Positions 6,841 through 15,513 of a stretch of DNA of 49,160 nucleotides are shown in pieces. Within the stretch, counting starts at the first letter, position 1. Every line of letters begins with the position of its first letter. A program made the translations under genes and the position numbers. The notes under the pieces are model-generated. The model did no database searches. It saw only the letters and a list, made by a program, of their open reading frames with translations, and was not told where the DNA came from. This DNA comes from Dehalococcoidia bacterium (lineage in GTDB: Bacteria > Chloroflexota > Dehalococcoidia > SZUA-161): contig DUEY01000005.1 in NCBI GenBank assembly GCA_011174795.1, forward strand, positions 4,885 through 54,044. Reading direction: 5' to 3'.

Positions 6841-9294
6841 ATGGCTAAAACAGCGGAGAGAAAGACGGAGACACAGCGGATAGCGGACAAGGTGCGGTAC
6901 AGGACGATGATGGGCCAGCGTACGGGCAGGGTCGAGGAGCAGGAGAAGCTGGGTAAAATAAGCGATATCCGACCGACGCTGAGGCTTGATGTCGAGCGTG
7001 CCAGGCACGTTACGCAGGCATATAAGGAGACAGAGGGCGAGCCGATTGTCCTCAGGCGGGCGAAGGCGATGGCCAAGCATCTGGACAATATGACGATATA
7101 CATCAATGATTATGACCGCATTGCCGGTAATTCTTCACGTTCTCCCGACCACGTAATAAGCTATCCTGAGCTCTACTCCCGCTGGACAGATAAGGCCATC
7201 GAGATGGGCTACAAGGATATGGTGAGTGACGAAGAGCGGGAGGAGATGCACGAGATACTCAAGTACTGGTTCAATAAGTCGGTGCAGGGGGCGGAACGTT
7301 CTTATCTTGCCGAAGAGGATAAGCCCTACTGGTCCTACATGAACCAGGGTGTCTTTGTCTGGGTGCATGGCGCCCACTCTGGCCAGGTTCCGAACTACGA
7401 GAAGGTGTTTAAGGTTGGACTGAAAGGGATACTTAAAGAGGCGCAGGACAAGCTGGAGGAGGTTAAAGCCGACAGGGAGCTTGTACGTGACGACCCTAAG
7501 GAATTTCTGAAGCAAAAAGCGTTCCTGGAGGCAGTAATCATAAGCATTGAGGCTGCTATCAGGTGGGCACACCGGTATGCCGACCTGGCGAAGGCGATGG
7601 TCAAGGAGGAGAAGAGACCCGAGAGAAAGAAACAGCTGGAGAAGATTGCGAAGAGCTGTTCATGGGTTCCCGAGAACCCTCCGCGGTCATTCCACGAAGT
7701 CCTGCAGGCATGGTTCCTGCTCTTCCTGCTCGTGAGGGTGCTCGACATCCAGACCAGCGGTATCGGTGACAGGGTAGACTACCTGTGGTATCCGTTCTAC
7801 AAGAAGGACAAGGAAGAAGGGAGGATAACACCGGAGGAAGCCAAGGAGTTAATGGAGTTCATCTGGCTCAAGTTCACCGAGTTGGCTGACTTCAATGCCC
7901 CCATTATGGGCAGCGGCGCCCATACCACGCCCCGCTATATAACGATAGGCGGCCAGGACCGTCTGGGGCGGGATGCTACCAACGAGTTGACCTACCTGAT
8001 TATGGAAAGCGTCAAGTCGCTCGGTCTGGTAGAGCCGATGATGGTGGTCAGGGTTCACCGCAACACGCCGGATGAGTTCCTCTATCGCTTCACCGACATT
8101 ATGAGGGAGGATGCCGGGCATTACGGCATCTTCAACGATGAGTTCATGGTACGGTGGCTGATAAGCAAGGGAATGCCGATTGAGGATGCCCGCAATTACG
8201 GTATCGAGGGTTGCATGAGGTGGGCTGTTATCGGCAAGCCCATGGGACACCGCGGCATCGCCGGCGTAGGATTTGCCCTGCCAAAGTGCCTGGAATATGC
8301 GTTAAATCAGGGCAGGGATGACAAGTTCTTCGGCGGCAAACAGGTAGGGCCAAAGACGAAGGACCCGCTGAAATTCAAGTCAATCGAGGACGTGATACAG
8401 GCGTATCTGGAGCAGGTGAAGTTCTTCACCGAGAAGATAGTGATTTACAGCAATATCACGGATGCTCTCGAGGAGGAGTGGCTGCCGCAGCCTTTCAACT
8501 CGGCATTGCTGGACGGCTGCATTGAGAATGCCAAGGATGTCAGGGATATCCATTACTGGCACAAGACCAATATGCAGCCTGTTGGGCAGACAACGGTCGT
8601 TAACGCCCTGGCGGCGATGAAGAAGCTGATCTTCGAGGATAAAAAGGTAACCATGGCCCAGCTATTGCAGGCACTCAAGGATAACTGGGTTGGCCATGAA
8701 GAGCTGAGGCAGATGTTCCTCGATGCTCCCAAGTTCGGCAATGACGATGACTACGTAGACCTCTTTGCCCGGGATGTACACATCAGGACATGCGAGACGA
8801 TACACCAGTTTAAGACCATCTATGGATTCAACGTTCAGTCCGACGGCAGCGGCAGCGCCAGCTATTTCTCATTCAGCGGTCTTACCGGAGCCACACCCGA
8901 CGGCAGGAAAGACCGCGACGTTTTCACCGATGGCACTGTCTCCCCGGCGCCAGGCACCGATAAGAAGGGGCCGACCGCAGTCCTGAGGTCGGTTGCCAAG
9001 ATAGACCCGCTGCTGACCTTCAATCACCTGTTCAACCAGCGGTGGATGCCGGAGTTCCTCGAGGGTGATAACAGGTCGAAGTTCGTGGCTTATTTGAAAA
9101 CGTTCATAGACCTCGGCATTCACCATATCCAGGGCAACGTGATTGACGATAAGGTTCTGCGCGATGCCCAGAAGCACCCTGAGAACTACGAGAGGCTGGT
9201 GGTGAGGGTCGCTGGCTTCAGCGCCTATTTCACCGATATGCACAAAGAGGTGCAGGACCAGATTATCGAGCGCACGAAGCAGCGGTTCAACTAA
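6841..9294 (+). CDS. Glycyl radical enzyme (PFL-like superfamily), uncharacterised class
   Basis: 817 aa; C-terminal LVVRVAGFSAYF (Gly792); Cys loop YGIEGCMRW (Cys458); PKFGNDDDYVD; GATPDGR; RBS AAGGAGG. Confidence 0.95.
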   Translation: MAKTAERKTETQRIADKVRYRTMMGQRTGRVEEQEKLGKISDIRPTLRLDVERARHVTQAYKETEGEPIVLRRAKAMAKHLDNMTIYINDYDRIAGNSSRSPDHVISYPELYSRWTDKAIEMGYKDMVSDEEREEMHEILKYWFNKSVQGAERSYLAEEDKPYWSYMNQGVFVWVHGAHSGQVPNYEKVFKVGLKGILKEAQDKLEEVKADRELVRDDPKEFLKQKAFLEAVIISIEAAIRWAHRYADLAKAMVKEEKRPERKKQLEKIAKSCSWVPENPPRSFHEVLQAWFLLFLLVRVLDIQTSGIGDRVDYLWYPFYKKDKEEGRITPEEAKELMEFIWLKFTELADFNAPIMGSGAHTTPRYITIGGQDRLGRDATNELTYLIMESVKSLGLVEPMMVVRVHRNTPDEFLYRFTDIMREDAGHYGIFNDEFMVRWLISKGMPIEDARNYGIEGCMRWAVIGKPMGHRGIAGVGFALPKCLEYALNQGRDDKFFGGKQVGPKTKDPLKFKSIEDVIQAYLEQVKFFTEKIVIYSNITDALEEEWLPQPFNSALLDGCIENAKDVRDIHYWHKTNMQPVGQTTVVNALAAMKKLIFEDKKVTMAQLLQALKDNWVGHEELRQMFLDAPKFGNDDDYVDLFARDVHIRTCETIHQFKTIYGFNVQSDGSGSASYFSFSGLTGATPDGRKDRDVFTDGTVSPAPGTDKKGPTAVLRSVAKIDPLLTFNHLFNQRWMPEFLEGDNRSKFVAYLKTFIDLGIHHIQGNVIDDKVLRDAQKHPENYERLVVRVAGFSAYFTDMHKEVQDQIIERTKQRFN

Positions 9295-9322
9295 GACAGG
9301 CTACAGGCGTGGCTTGTATTTT

Positions 9323-9366
9323 GGGGAAGGGCGGCCGAAGGCGTAAGGCCGCCCTTCCCCGTTTTT
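9323..9366. terminator. Bidirectional intrinsic terminator between convergent genes
   Basis: GGGGAAGGGCGGCC-10nt-GGCCGCCCTTCCCC followed by GTTTTT. Confidence 0.8.
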
Positions 9367-9385
9367 GTAGCATTATGAGCGGTGC

Positions 9386-9778
9386 CTATGACTCGGCCTT
9401 CTTGAAGGCGTGCAGGGTGGTATTGTCGTCTATCTTCTCGAAGTCTACCTCGACGGGCATGCCGATGTAGACCTCCTCAGGTTCCATGAGACCGTGGGTT
9501 ATCAGCCGTGGTCCTTCCTCGAGCTCTACGAGCAGCACCGGCCAGGGATAGGGCATGGTTGCATGCTGTATGGTATAGCTGTGCACGGTTCCTTTGCCGC
9601 TGCACTTGGTCCATTCATACTCGAATGAGTTGCAGTAGGGGCACATCTCTATCGGCCAGAAACGGAACTTGCCGCAGTCTTTACATTTCTGCAGCAGCAA
9701 CTCGTGGCGCTTCAGGCCGTCGTAGTATTCCTGGTTTATAGGTCCCGGCCACGGGGCCAGTCTCGGTACCTCAGACAT
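9386..9778 (-). CDS. DUF35 Zn-ribbon/OB-fold protein (thiolase/aldolase partner)
   Basis: LLLQKCKDCG...CPYC...GKGTVHSYT...VELEEGPRL. Confidence 0.9.
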   Translation of the reverse strand: MSEVPRLAPWPGPINQEYYDGLKRHELLLQKCKDCGKFRFWPIEMCPYCNSFEYEWTKCSGKGTVHSYTIQHATMPYPWPVLLVELEEGPRLITHGLMEPEEVYIGMPVEVDFEKIDDNTTLHAFKKAES

Positions 9779-9790
9779 AGGACTTCTCCT

Positions 9791-10951
9791 CTAGGGTGAA
9801 CGTAGAATCAATGCGCCGGTAGGGATGCCGCTGCCGGCGGTAACGAGCACATGTTTGCAGTCGGGCACCTGTACCGGCGAGGTGCCCCTTATCTGGCGCA
9901 CGCCCTCGACTATCTGGTTCACGCCGTGGATGTAGGCCTCGGAGAGGCAACCGCCGCTGGTATTGCAGGGAAGCCTGCCGTCTATCTGCAGGGCGCCGTC
10001 TCTGACAAATGGACCGCCCTCCCCGAACTTGCAGAAGCCGAAGCTCTCCAACTGCATTATCACCAGCGGGGTGAAGGCGTCGTAGAACTGGGCGCAGTCG
10101 ATATCCTCAGGCCCTATTCCCGCCTCCTTCCACAGGTGCGGGGCAAGGCGGGTGTATTCCTCCAGGTCGGCGATATTCTCGCGCTGATAGCTGGTCATCA
10201 TCTCAATCCAGCTGCCCGTCCCCTGCTCCGCAGCCATGATATAGACCGGCTTCTGCTTCAGGTCTTTCGCCCTCTCCGGTGAGGTCACGATGAGGGCAGC
10301 TGCGCCGTCCGTCTCCTGGCAGTAATCGAACAGGCGCAGCGGGTAGGCGATCATTCGGGCGTTGGCGTGGTCCTCGAGCGTCAGGGGCCTGTCGTGCATC
10401 ATAGCCTTCGGGTTCATGTTGGCGTGCCTCCTGAAGGCAACGGCAACCTCGCCTAAATCGGTGGTCTTGGTGCCGTAGAGGTGTATGTGTCTGATAGCCA
10501 TGACCGCGACCATAGAGCCCGGTGCCATCAGGCCGAAGGGTATAGAGTACTGGAAGTGTCCTGCCATAGGCATCGCCGACGCCATTTGTCCGTAGCGGAA
10601 CCCTGAGCGTTCATTCAGCGCCCGGAAGCATGCCACATACTTAGCCTTGCCCAGTGCCACCGCCATAGCCGCCATTTGCACGATACCACAGCCAGCGCCG
10701 CCGCCGAAGAAGACCTCGGGGAAGAACCTCAGGTTCTCGATGCCGAAGTTCCTGGCTATCTCGTCGACCTGGTTGCTGTCTACCGAAAACCTGACGATAC
10801 CGTCGAGTTCCTTGGGACTTATCCCGGCGTCCTCACAGGCTGCCTTTATCGCCTCTAGCGCCAGGCGCATCTCGCTGCGGCCGGAGTTCTTGGAGTACTC
10901 CGTCTCACCGATGCCGACGATACAGGCCTTGTCTTTCAAAGAATCCGCCAT
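9791..10951 (-). CDS. Ltp2-like thiolase-fold protein (probable acyl-CoA retro-aldolase)
   Basis: IVGIGETEYSKNSGRSE, CQETDG, FYDAFT, NTSGGCLSEAYIHG; both Ltp2-type Tyr residues are present. Confidence 0.85.
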   Translation of the reverse strand: MADSLKDKACIVGIGETEYSKNSGRSEMRLALEAIKAACEDAGISPKELDGIVRFSVDSNQVDEIARNFGIENLRFFPEVFFGGGAGCGIVQMAAMAVALGKAKYVACFRALNERSGFRYGQMASAMPMAGHFQYSIPFGLMAPGSMVAVMAIRHIHLYGTKTTDLGEVAVAFRRHANMNPKAMMHDRPLTLEDHANARMIAYPLRLFDYCQETDGAAALIVTSPERAKDLKQKPVYIMAAEQGTGSWIEMMTSYQRENIADLEEYTRLAPHLWKEAGIGPEDIDCAQFYDAFTPLVIMQLESFGFCKFGEGGPFVRDGALQIDGRLPCNTSGGCLSEAYIHGVNQIVEGVRQIRGTSPVQVPDCKHVLVTAGSGIPTGALILRSP

Positions 10952-11005
10952 TTTTCAACCTTCTAATGTCTTAGTATACAGCCGCATGTGACCCAGCAAT
11001 AGCCA

Positions 11006-11467
11006 CTAGCTGCCGGAACCCCGGGTAGGCAAGGCCATGGTGATCTGGGCATTACAGAAGGGGCCTTCCTGGGTCACGGAGTTGACCTGTAGTTCAACCA
11101 GGTGCAGGCCTGACAGATACCCTTCGTCCTCGCCCCCGATCCATTTCCTGATCACACTACCTGATACTGTCATCGTATCGCCAACACAGCAATTACCTTC
11201 GATGTTGAAACGGGTCTTCTTTAGTTCTCCTTCGGGACCGCTCCAGTCGGTCGCCAGCCTGGACAATATACCTTCGGAGTGCATAATATTAACGATCATA
11301 TCCCTCTGCTGTGCCTTTAGAGCGAAATCTTTGTCATGGTGCATCGGGTTGGTGTCTCTCGTAGCCCAGGCACCGCCACTGATCTTGACCGCTGTCATTT
11401 GCATCGAGTAGGAGCCAATATCCTGCCCCTCCGTTACATCCTCCCAATAAACCGTATGATGAGACAT
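11006..11467 (-). CDS. MaoC-family hydratase subunit (ChsH1-like)
   Basis: ATRDTNPMHHD hydratase motif; start moved to the ATG at 11467 behind RBS AAGGGAG. Confidence 0.8.
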   Translation of the reverse strand: MSHHTVYWEDVTEGQDIGSYSMQMTAVKISGGAWATRDTNPMHHDKDFALKAQQRDMIVNIMHSEGILSRLATDWSGPEGELKKTRFNIEGNCCVGDTMTVSGSVIRKWIGGEDEGYLSGLHLVELQVNSVTQEGPFCNAQITMALPTRGSGS

Positions 11468-11469
11468 CT

Positions 11470-11979
11470 TCAACTCCCTTCGCCTTGTTCTTTCGGTTTA
11501 TACTTCAGCACAGTCCTGACCTCTCGTCCAACCATCTCACCCTTCTGGTTATAGTATGTTTGGGTCGTGGTGATGAAGTGCCCGTCCCCGATGCGTGTCC
11601 TCTTCATGTCGGATACGCTGTCGAGCTTCATGATGTAGTATAGCTGGTCACCGGGGCGCACCGGCTTGTGGAACTCATGTATCATGTCTGTGGCAATCCA
11701 GGTGTCGACGCCGGGGAGTTCGAGTTCCGCCATGGGCATCCAGGGAAACTCAGGGAATGGCCACATCCGGGGCATGCACCACACCATTAGCATCTGGGGA
11801 GGCGCAATGATGCCGCCATACTTGCTCTTCTTTGCGTACTCCTCATCGGTGTACAGGGGATTTGCGTCCTCCATCATTTCACAATAGTGCCTGATCATCG
11901 ACTTATCAACTTCGTCAGGGGCATAGAAGGGCTCGGATTCCTTGCCTATCAACGCCAAATCCTTTTCACTTAGTGCCAT
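11470..11979 (-). CDS. MaoC-family dehydratase N-terminal type protein (ChsH2 N-domain-like)
   Basis: IRHYCEMMEDANPLY...YGGIIAPP...EFHKPVRPGD. Confidence 0.85.
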   Translation of the reverse strand: MALSEKDLALIGKESEPFYAPDEVDKSMIRHYCEMMEDANPLYTDEEYAKKSKYGGIIAPPQMLMVWCMPRMWPFPEFPWMPMAELELPGVDTWIATDMIHEFHKPVRPGDQLYYIMKLDSVSDMKRTRIGDGHFITTTQTYYNQKGEMVGREVRTVLKYKPKEQGEGS

Positions 11980-12059
11980 TTAAGTTCACCTCCATGGGTA
12001 TGGTTAATATAGTACTTCTCCGCCTTCTTCCTATGCATACCGAGACCGGCGGATTGATA

Positions 12060-12854
12060 TTATTTCCCCTTCCAGACCGGTGGCCGCTTCTCCATGAATG
12101 CTTTTGGTCCCTCTTTGGCATCCTCTGTATCGAAGATAATCCAGGACTGCAGTCTCTCGATGGAGTATGCTGCATCGAGGGCAAGGCCTCGGAGCACGGA
12201 TTCCTTTATCGCCTGCACCGCAAGCGGGCCATTGGAGCAGATTTTCTCGGCATACTGCATTGCTGTCGGCATGAGTTCCTCGCGGGGCACGACCTTGTTA
12301 ATCAGACCTATCTCGTAGGCTTCCTGGGCGGTGAACTGGTTGGCGGTGAGCAGCATCTCCATGGCGCGGCAGTAGGGTATCTGGCGGGGGAGCCTCACCG
12401 TCGTGCCGCCACCGGGGAAAAGCGCCCAGGTGGGCTCCATAACGGCGAAAACTGCGTTCTCAGAGGCGACCCTGATATCCGTGCCGAGGAGCATCTCCAA
12501 CCCGCCACCAAGACAGTAGCCGTTAACTGCTGCGATTACCGGCTTCCAGAGGTCGAACCCGCGGAGCACGGCGTTGAGGGGTCTGGTATCCGACTGGAGG
12601 TCCCTGAGGTCGGCCTCGGTGATTCTGGGGAGGAACGTCTGGAGGTCGCCGCCGACGGAGAAGGCAGTCTTGCCGGCGCCGGTGATGATGGCTACCCAGA
12701 TATTGCGGTCGTCCCGGATATCCATCCAGGCGTCGGAAAGACGCTCCATCATTTCGTCGTCCATGGCGTTCATAGCCTGGCGGCGGTTCATGGTGACGAT
12801 TGCGATATGGTCCTTCTTCTCATAGATTACTGCTGGTTGCTTCTCCTCTGCCAT
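12060..12854 (-). CDS. Enoyl-CoA hydratase (crotonase family, both catalytic Glu present)
   Basis: KPVIAAVNGYCLGGGLE...MEPTW; start reassigned to MAEEKQ (ATG 12854, RBS AGGAGG). Confidence 0.9.
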   Translation of the reverse strand: MAEEKQPAVIYEKKDHIAIVTMNRRQAMNAMDDEMMERLSDAWMDIRDDRNIWVAIITGAGKTAFSVGGDLQTFLPRITEADLRDLQSDTRPLNAVLRGFDLWKPVIAAVNGYCLGGGLEMLLGTDIRVASENAVFAVMEPTWALFPGGGTTVRLPRQIPYCRAMEMLLTANQFTAQEAYEIGLINKVVPREELMPTAMQYAEKICSNGPLAVQAIKESVLRGLALDAAYSIERLQSWIIFDTEDAKEGPKAFMEKRPPVWKGK

Positions 12855-12901
12855 GTTTGCCTCCTGTATTTTTATAGTGAGACTTTTAGTAATTCCTGTG
12901 C

Positions 12902-13318
12902 CTAGCTCTCTACCGGCTTGAACTTGGGCAGGTACCAATCCTGGTCTTCGACCTTCTCGAAGAACAACTCGACAGGCATATCAACATATAAATCCTCGTT
13001 TTTGCAGCCTACTATATTGGTATGCATCCGGGGCCCTTCCTCCAGCTCCACGATGGCGACATGGAAGGGTGTATCAAAGGCTGGATAGAGCGCCTGGTGT
13101 GTGACTTCCCAGGTGAAGATTTTAGCCTTTCCGCTCGCCTTGACACGCTGGAAATTCGTGCTCATGCACCTGGGACAAAGGATACTGGGGGGAAGCCAAT
13201 AGTAACCGCAGTCATCGCACCTCTGGATGAGCAACTCCTGTCTCTGGCAGCTATCCCAGTAGGGCTTTGAGTCTTCACTGGGCAACGGAAGCGGTTTAGG
13301 TATCTTGAATTCCGCCAT
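12902..13318 (-). CDS. DUF35 Zn-ribbon/OB-fold protein
   Basis: LLIQRCDDCG...CPRC...VELEEGPRM; start reassigned to MAEFK (RBS AAGGAGGT). Confidence 0.9.
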   Translation of the reverse strand: MAEFKIPKPLPLPSEDSKPYWDSCQRQELLIQRCDDCGYYWLPPSILCPRCMSTNFQRVKASGKAKIFTWEVTHQALYPAFDTPFHVAIVELEEGPRMHTNIVGCKNEDLYVDMPVELFFEKVEDQDWYLPKFKPVES

Positions 13319-13320
13319 GA

Positions 13321-14490
13321 TTACCTCCTTAAGATCATGGTAGAGCAACTGAAGGTTGGAGGATACTCGTTGACCACGCCGCCGAAGCCGGTAACGTAAG
13401 CGGTCTCCGCATCCTTCACCTGCCTCTCACCACAATCTCCCCTAAGCTGTTGTACTGCCTCTATGATGTGGCCGAAACCGAACGTGTGGCCTTCTGAGAG
13501 CAGGCCACCGGCAGTGTTGCAGGGGAGCTCTCCACCGAGCTCTATCCTGCCGTCCTCGACGAATGGGCCACTTTCTCCTACTTTACAGAAGCCCCCCGAC
13601 TCCAGTTGGACTATAAAGACGATAGTGTAGGCGTCGTAAAGCTGACAGATATCTATATCCTTGGGGGAGAGCTTTGCCATTTTATAAGCTGTATCGCCGG
13701 CCTTTGCCCATACAGCCCAATCGGATACATCAGGACGGCGCCAGGGACGCAGCAGCGGTGCTCCGTGGGCCTGGCCAAATCCGCTGATATAAACGGGCTT
13801 GTGCTTGAGGTTCTTAGCCCTCTCCGCTGAGGTAACTACTACGGCTGCACCGCCATCGGTCCAGGCGCAGCAATCGAACAAGCGCAGGGGCTCCACCACC
13901 CAGCGAGAATTCTGATGGTCCTCCAGCGTCATGGGCCTGCCATACATCTGGGCGTTTGGGTTCATGTTGGCGTGTTTTCTGCAGGCGACAGCGATTGCGC
14001 CGAACTGCTGGCTGGTGGTCCCGAAGTCGTGCATATGCCTGCGGGCTATCTGGGCAAGGAACGGTGTCGCCCCGATTTCTCCATAGGGCAGGGTAAACTC
14101 AAAGCCGGGAGGTAAACCGAGAGGGACGTCGATGGGATTGTTCTGCCAGCCATAGCAGCAGACAACGTTATTGCATATGCCTGCGTTGATTGCCATGGCA
14201 GCCATTTGTACTAGGATGATGGGTGTAGCGCCACCGGCATCTACCGTTGAGGTGAAGCCGGAGTGGATTCCCAGCAGGTCAGCCGCTCTTCCTGCAAAGC
14301 CATGACGCTCGCCCTGCTGTGACGGGTGCACAAGAAGAAGCCCGTCGATGTCATCCTTGGTGAGTCCGGCATCCTCTATAGCTCTCTTGCAGCCCTCGAG
14401 GGCGAAGCCCATGGTACTGCTTTCGGGGTTCTTCCGGGCGAGCTTGGTTATGCCAACTCCAGCTATGGCATATTTATCCTTCAAGCTCAA
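13321..14490 (-). CDS. SCP2-type thiolase-family protein
   Basis: AIAGVG, PLRLFDCC..TDGG, LYDAYT, NTAGGLLSEGH; TTG start with RBS AGGAGGT. Confidence 0.88.
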   Translation of the reverse strand: MSLKDKYAIAGVGITKLARKNPESSTMGFALEGCKRAIEDAGLTKDDIDGLLLVHPSQQGERHGFAGRAADLLGIHSGFTSTVDAGGATPIILVQMAAMAINAGICNNVVCCYGWQNNPIDVPLGLPPGFEFTLPYGEIGATPFLAQIARRHMHDFGTTSQQFGAIAVACRKHANMNPNAQMYGRPMTLEDHQNSRWVVEPLRLFDCCAWTDGGAAVVVTSAERAKNLKHKPVYISGFGQAHGAPLLRPWRRPDVSDWAVWAKAGDTAYKMAKLSPKDIDICQLYDAYTIVFIVQLESGGFCKVGESGPFVEDGRIELGGELPCNTAGGLLSEGHTFGFGHIIEAVQQLRGDCGERQVKDAETAYVTGFGGVVNEYPPTFSCSTMILRR

Positions 14491-14539
14491 TCTTTCACCT
14501 CCTTTACTGCGTCAGCGGGAAGTTCAGACTGCCAGCCCT

Positions 14540-15475
14540 TTAGCTTAGAGACAGAATCCTGGCGGCGTTCTCCCCCAGGATGGCGTTAACTTCTGCCTCG
14601 GTGAAGGTTATCCCCTCCGGGGCTTTCTGTGGCAAGTCCCTGATAATATCTGCGTAGGCTCTCGTGGACATGAGTGCGGAGACATAAGGATTGTCGGTTC
14701 CGAACAGGACCCTATGAGGTCCAAGACGGTCCAGGGCATGCCTCAGAACCTTGCAGAACTTGAGGTAATTGGCATGGGCTACATCCTGCCAGGCGGAGAT
14801 GTCGGTCATAATGTTGTATCTCAACCCGGCGGTATAGAAGAGCTGCTCATGCCAGCCGAACGCCATGTGTCCAGCGGTTATTATCATATTGGGGAATTCT
14901 TGTGTCACATCGTCGAGGTGTATCGGGTCACCGTACTTGGCGCGCAGGGGGACAGCGCCAAACTGTCCTGTATGACATGTCACCGGGAGACCCAGTTCGT
15001 AAGCCTTTTCCAGAACCTTGTAGGTAACTGCATCGTTCATGAAAAAGCCTGTCTGTGGATAGAGGTTCAGGCCCTTGAGCCCCCATTCCTTGATAGCATG
15101 CACCAAGAAATCCGCTGCGTTTGGTCTACGGGCATCGACGGTGGCGTAGGCTATTATTTTATCCGGGTGCTTGCTTTGAAGGTCTGAGAAGGCCTTGAGT
15201 TGACCTTCGAGAGATACCTCAGGCTCGCCATACATGAGCCAGAAATCCATGGGCAACAGTACGGTCTTATCGATTCCATTGGTCTCCATGTCGTTGATTA
15301 ATGCTTCTCCCTCGGGATCCCAAAGGGCGGGAATCATGGTCTCCATTACCATTTCTGGCGGCATTTCTATTCCCAGGTTCCTCATGCCGTTGATATACAT
15401 ACCGTTTACCGTTTGCCACCATCCCTCGGAGTACCATTCCCGTGCTGCTAAGTGATAATGGGCATCGATAATCAT
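14540..15475 (-). CDS. Amidohydrolase family 2 protein
   Basis: MIIDAHYH, CHTG, GHM, RVLFGTDNP; start reassigned to ATG 15475. Confidence 0.88.
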   Translation of the reverse strand: MIIDAHYHLAAREWYSEGWWQTVNGMYINGMRNLGIEMPPEMVMETMIPALWDPEGEALINDMETNGIDKTVLLPMDFWLMYGEPEVSLEGQLKAFSDLQSKHPDKIIAYATVDARRPNAADFLVHAIKEWGLKGLNLYPQTGFFMNDAVTYKVLEKAYELGLPVTCHTGQFGAVPLRAKYGDPIHLDDVTQEFPNMIITAGHMAFGWHEQLFYTAGLRYNIMTDISAWQDVAHANYLKFCKVLRHALDRLGPHRVLFGTDNPYVSALMSTRAYADIIRDLPQKAPEGITFTEAEVNAILGENAARILSLS

Positions 15476-15513
15476 TTCTACTCCTTTCTCCTCAGGCAAC
15501 CACCTATAGCAGG

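Noticed and set aside
6841-9294. Annotation as pyruvate formate-lyase or as bona fide bssA/assA
   Set aside because: There is no CC pair for PFL, and no CMSP motif, small subunits or activase for a classical fumarate-adding enzyme.
11973-12905. 310-aa plus-strand ORF
   Set aside because: Antisense shadow of the enoyl-CoA hydratase.
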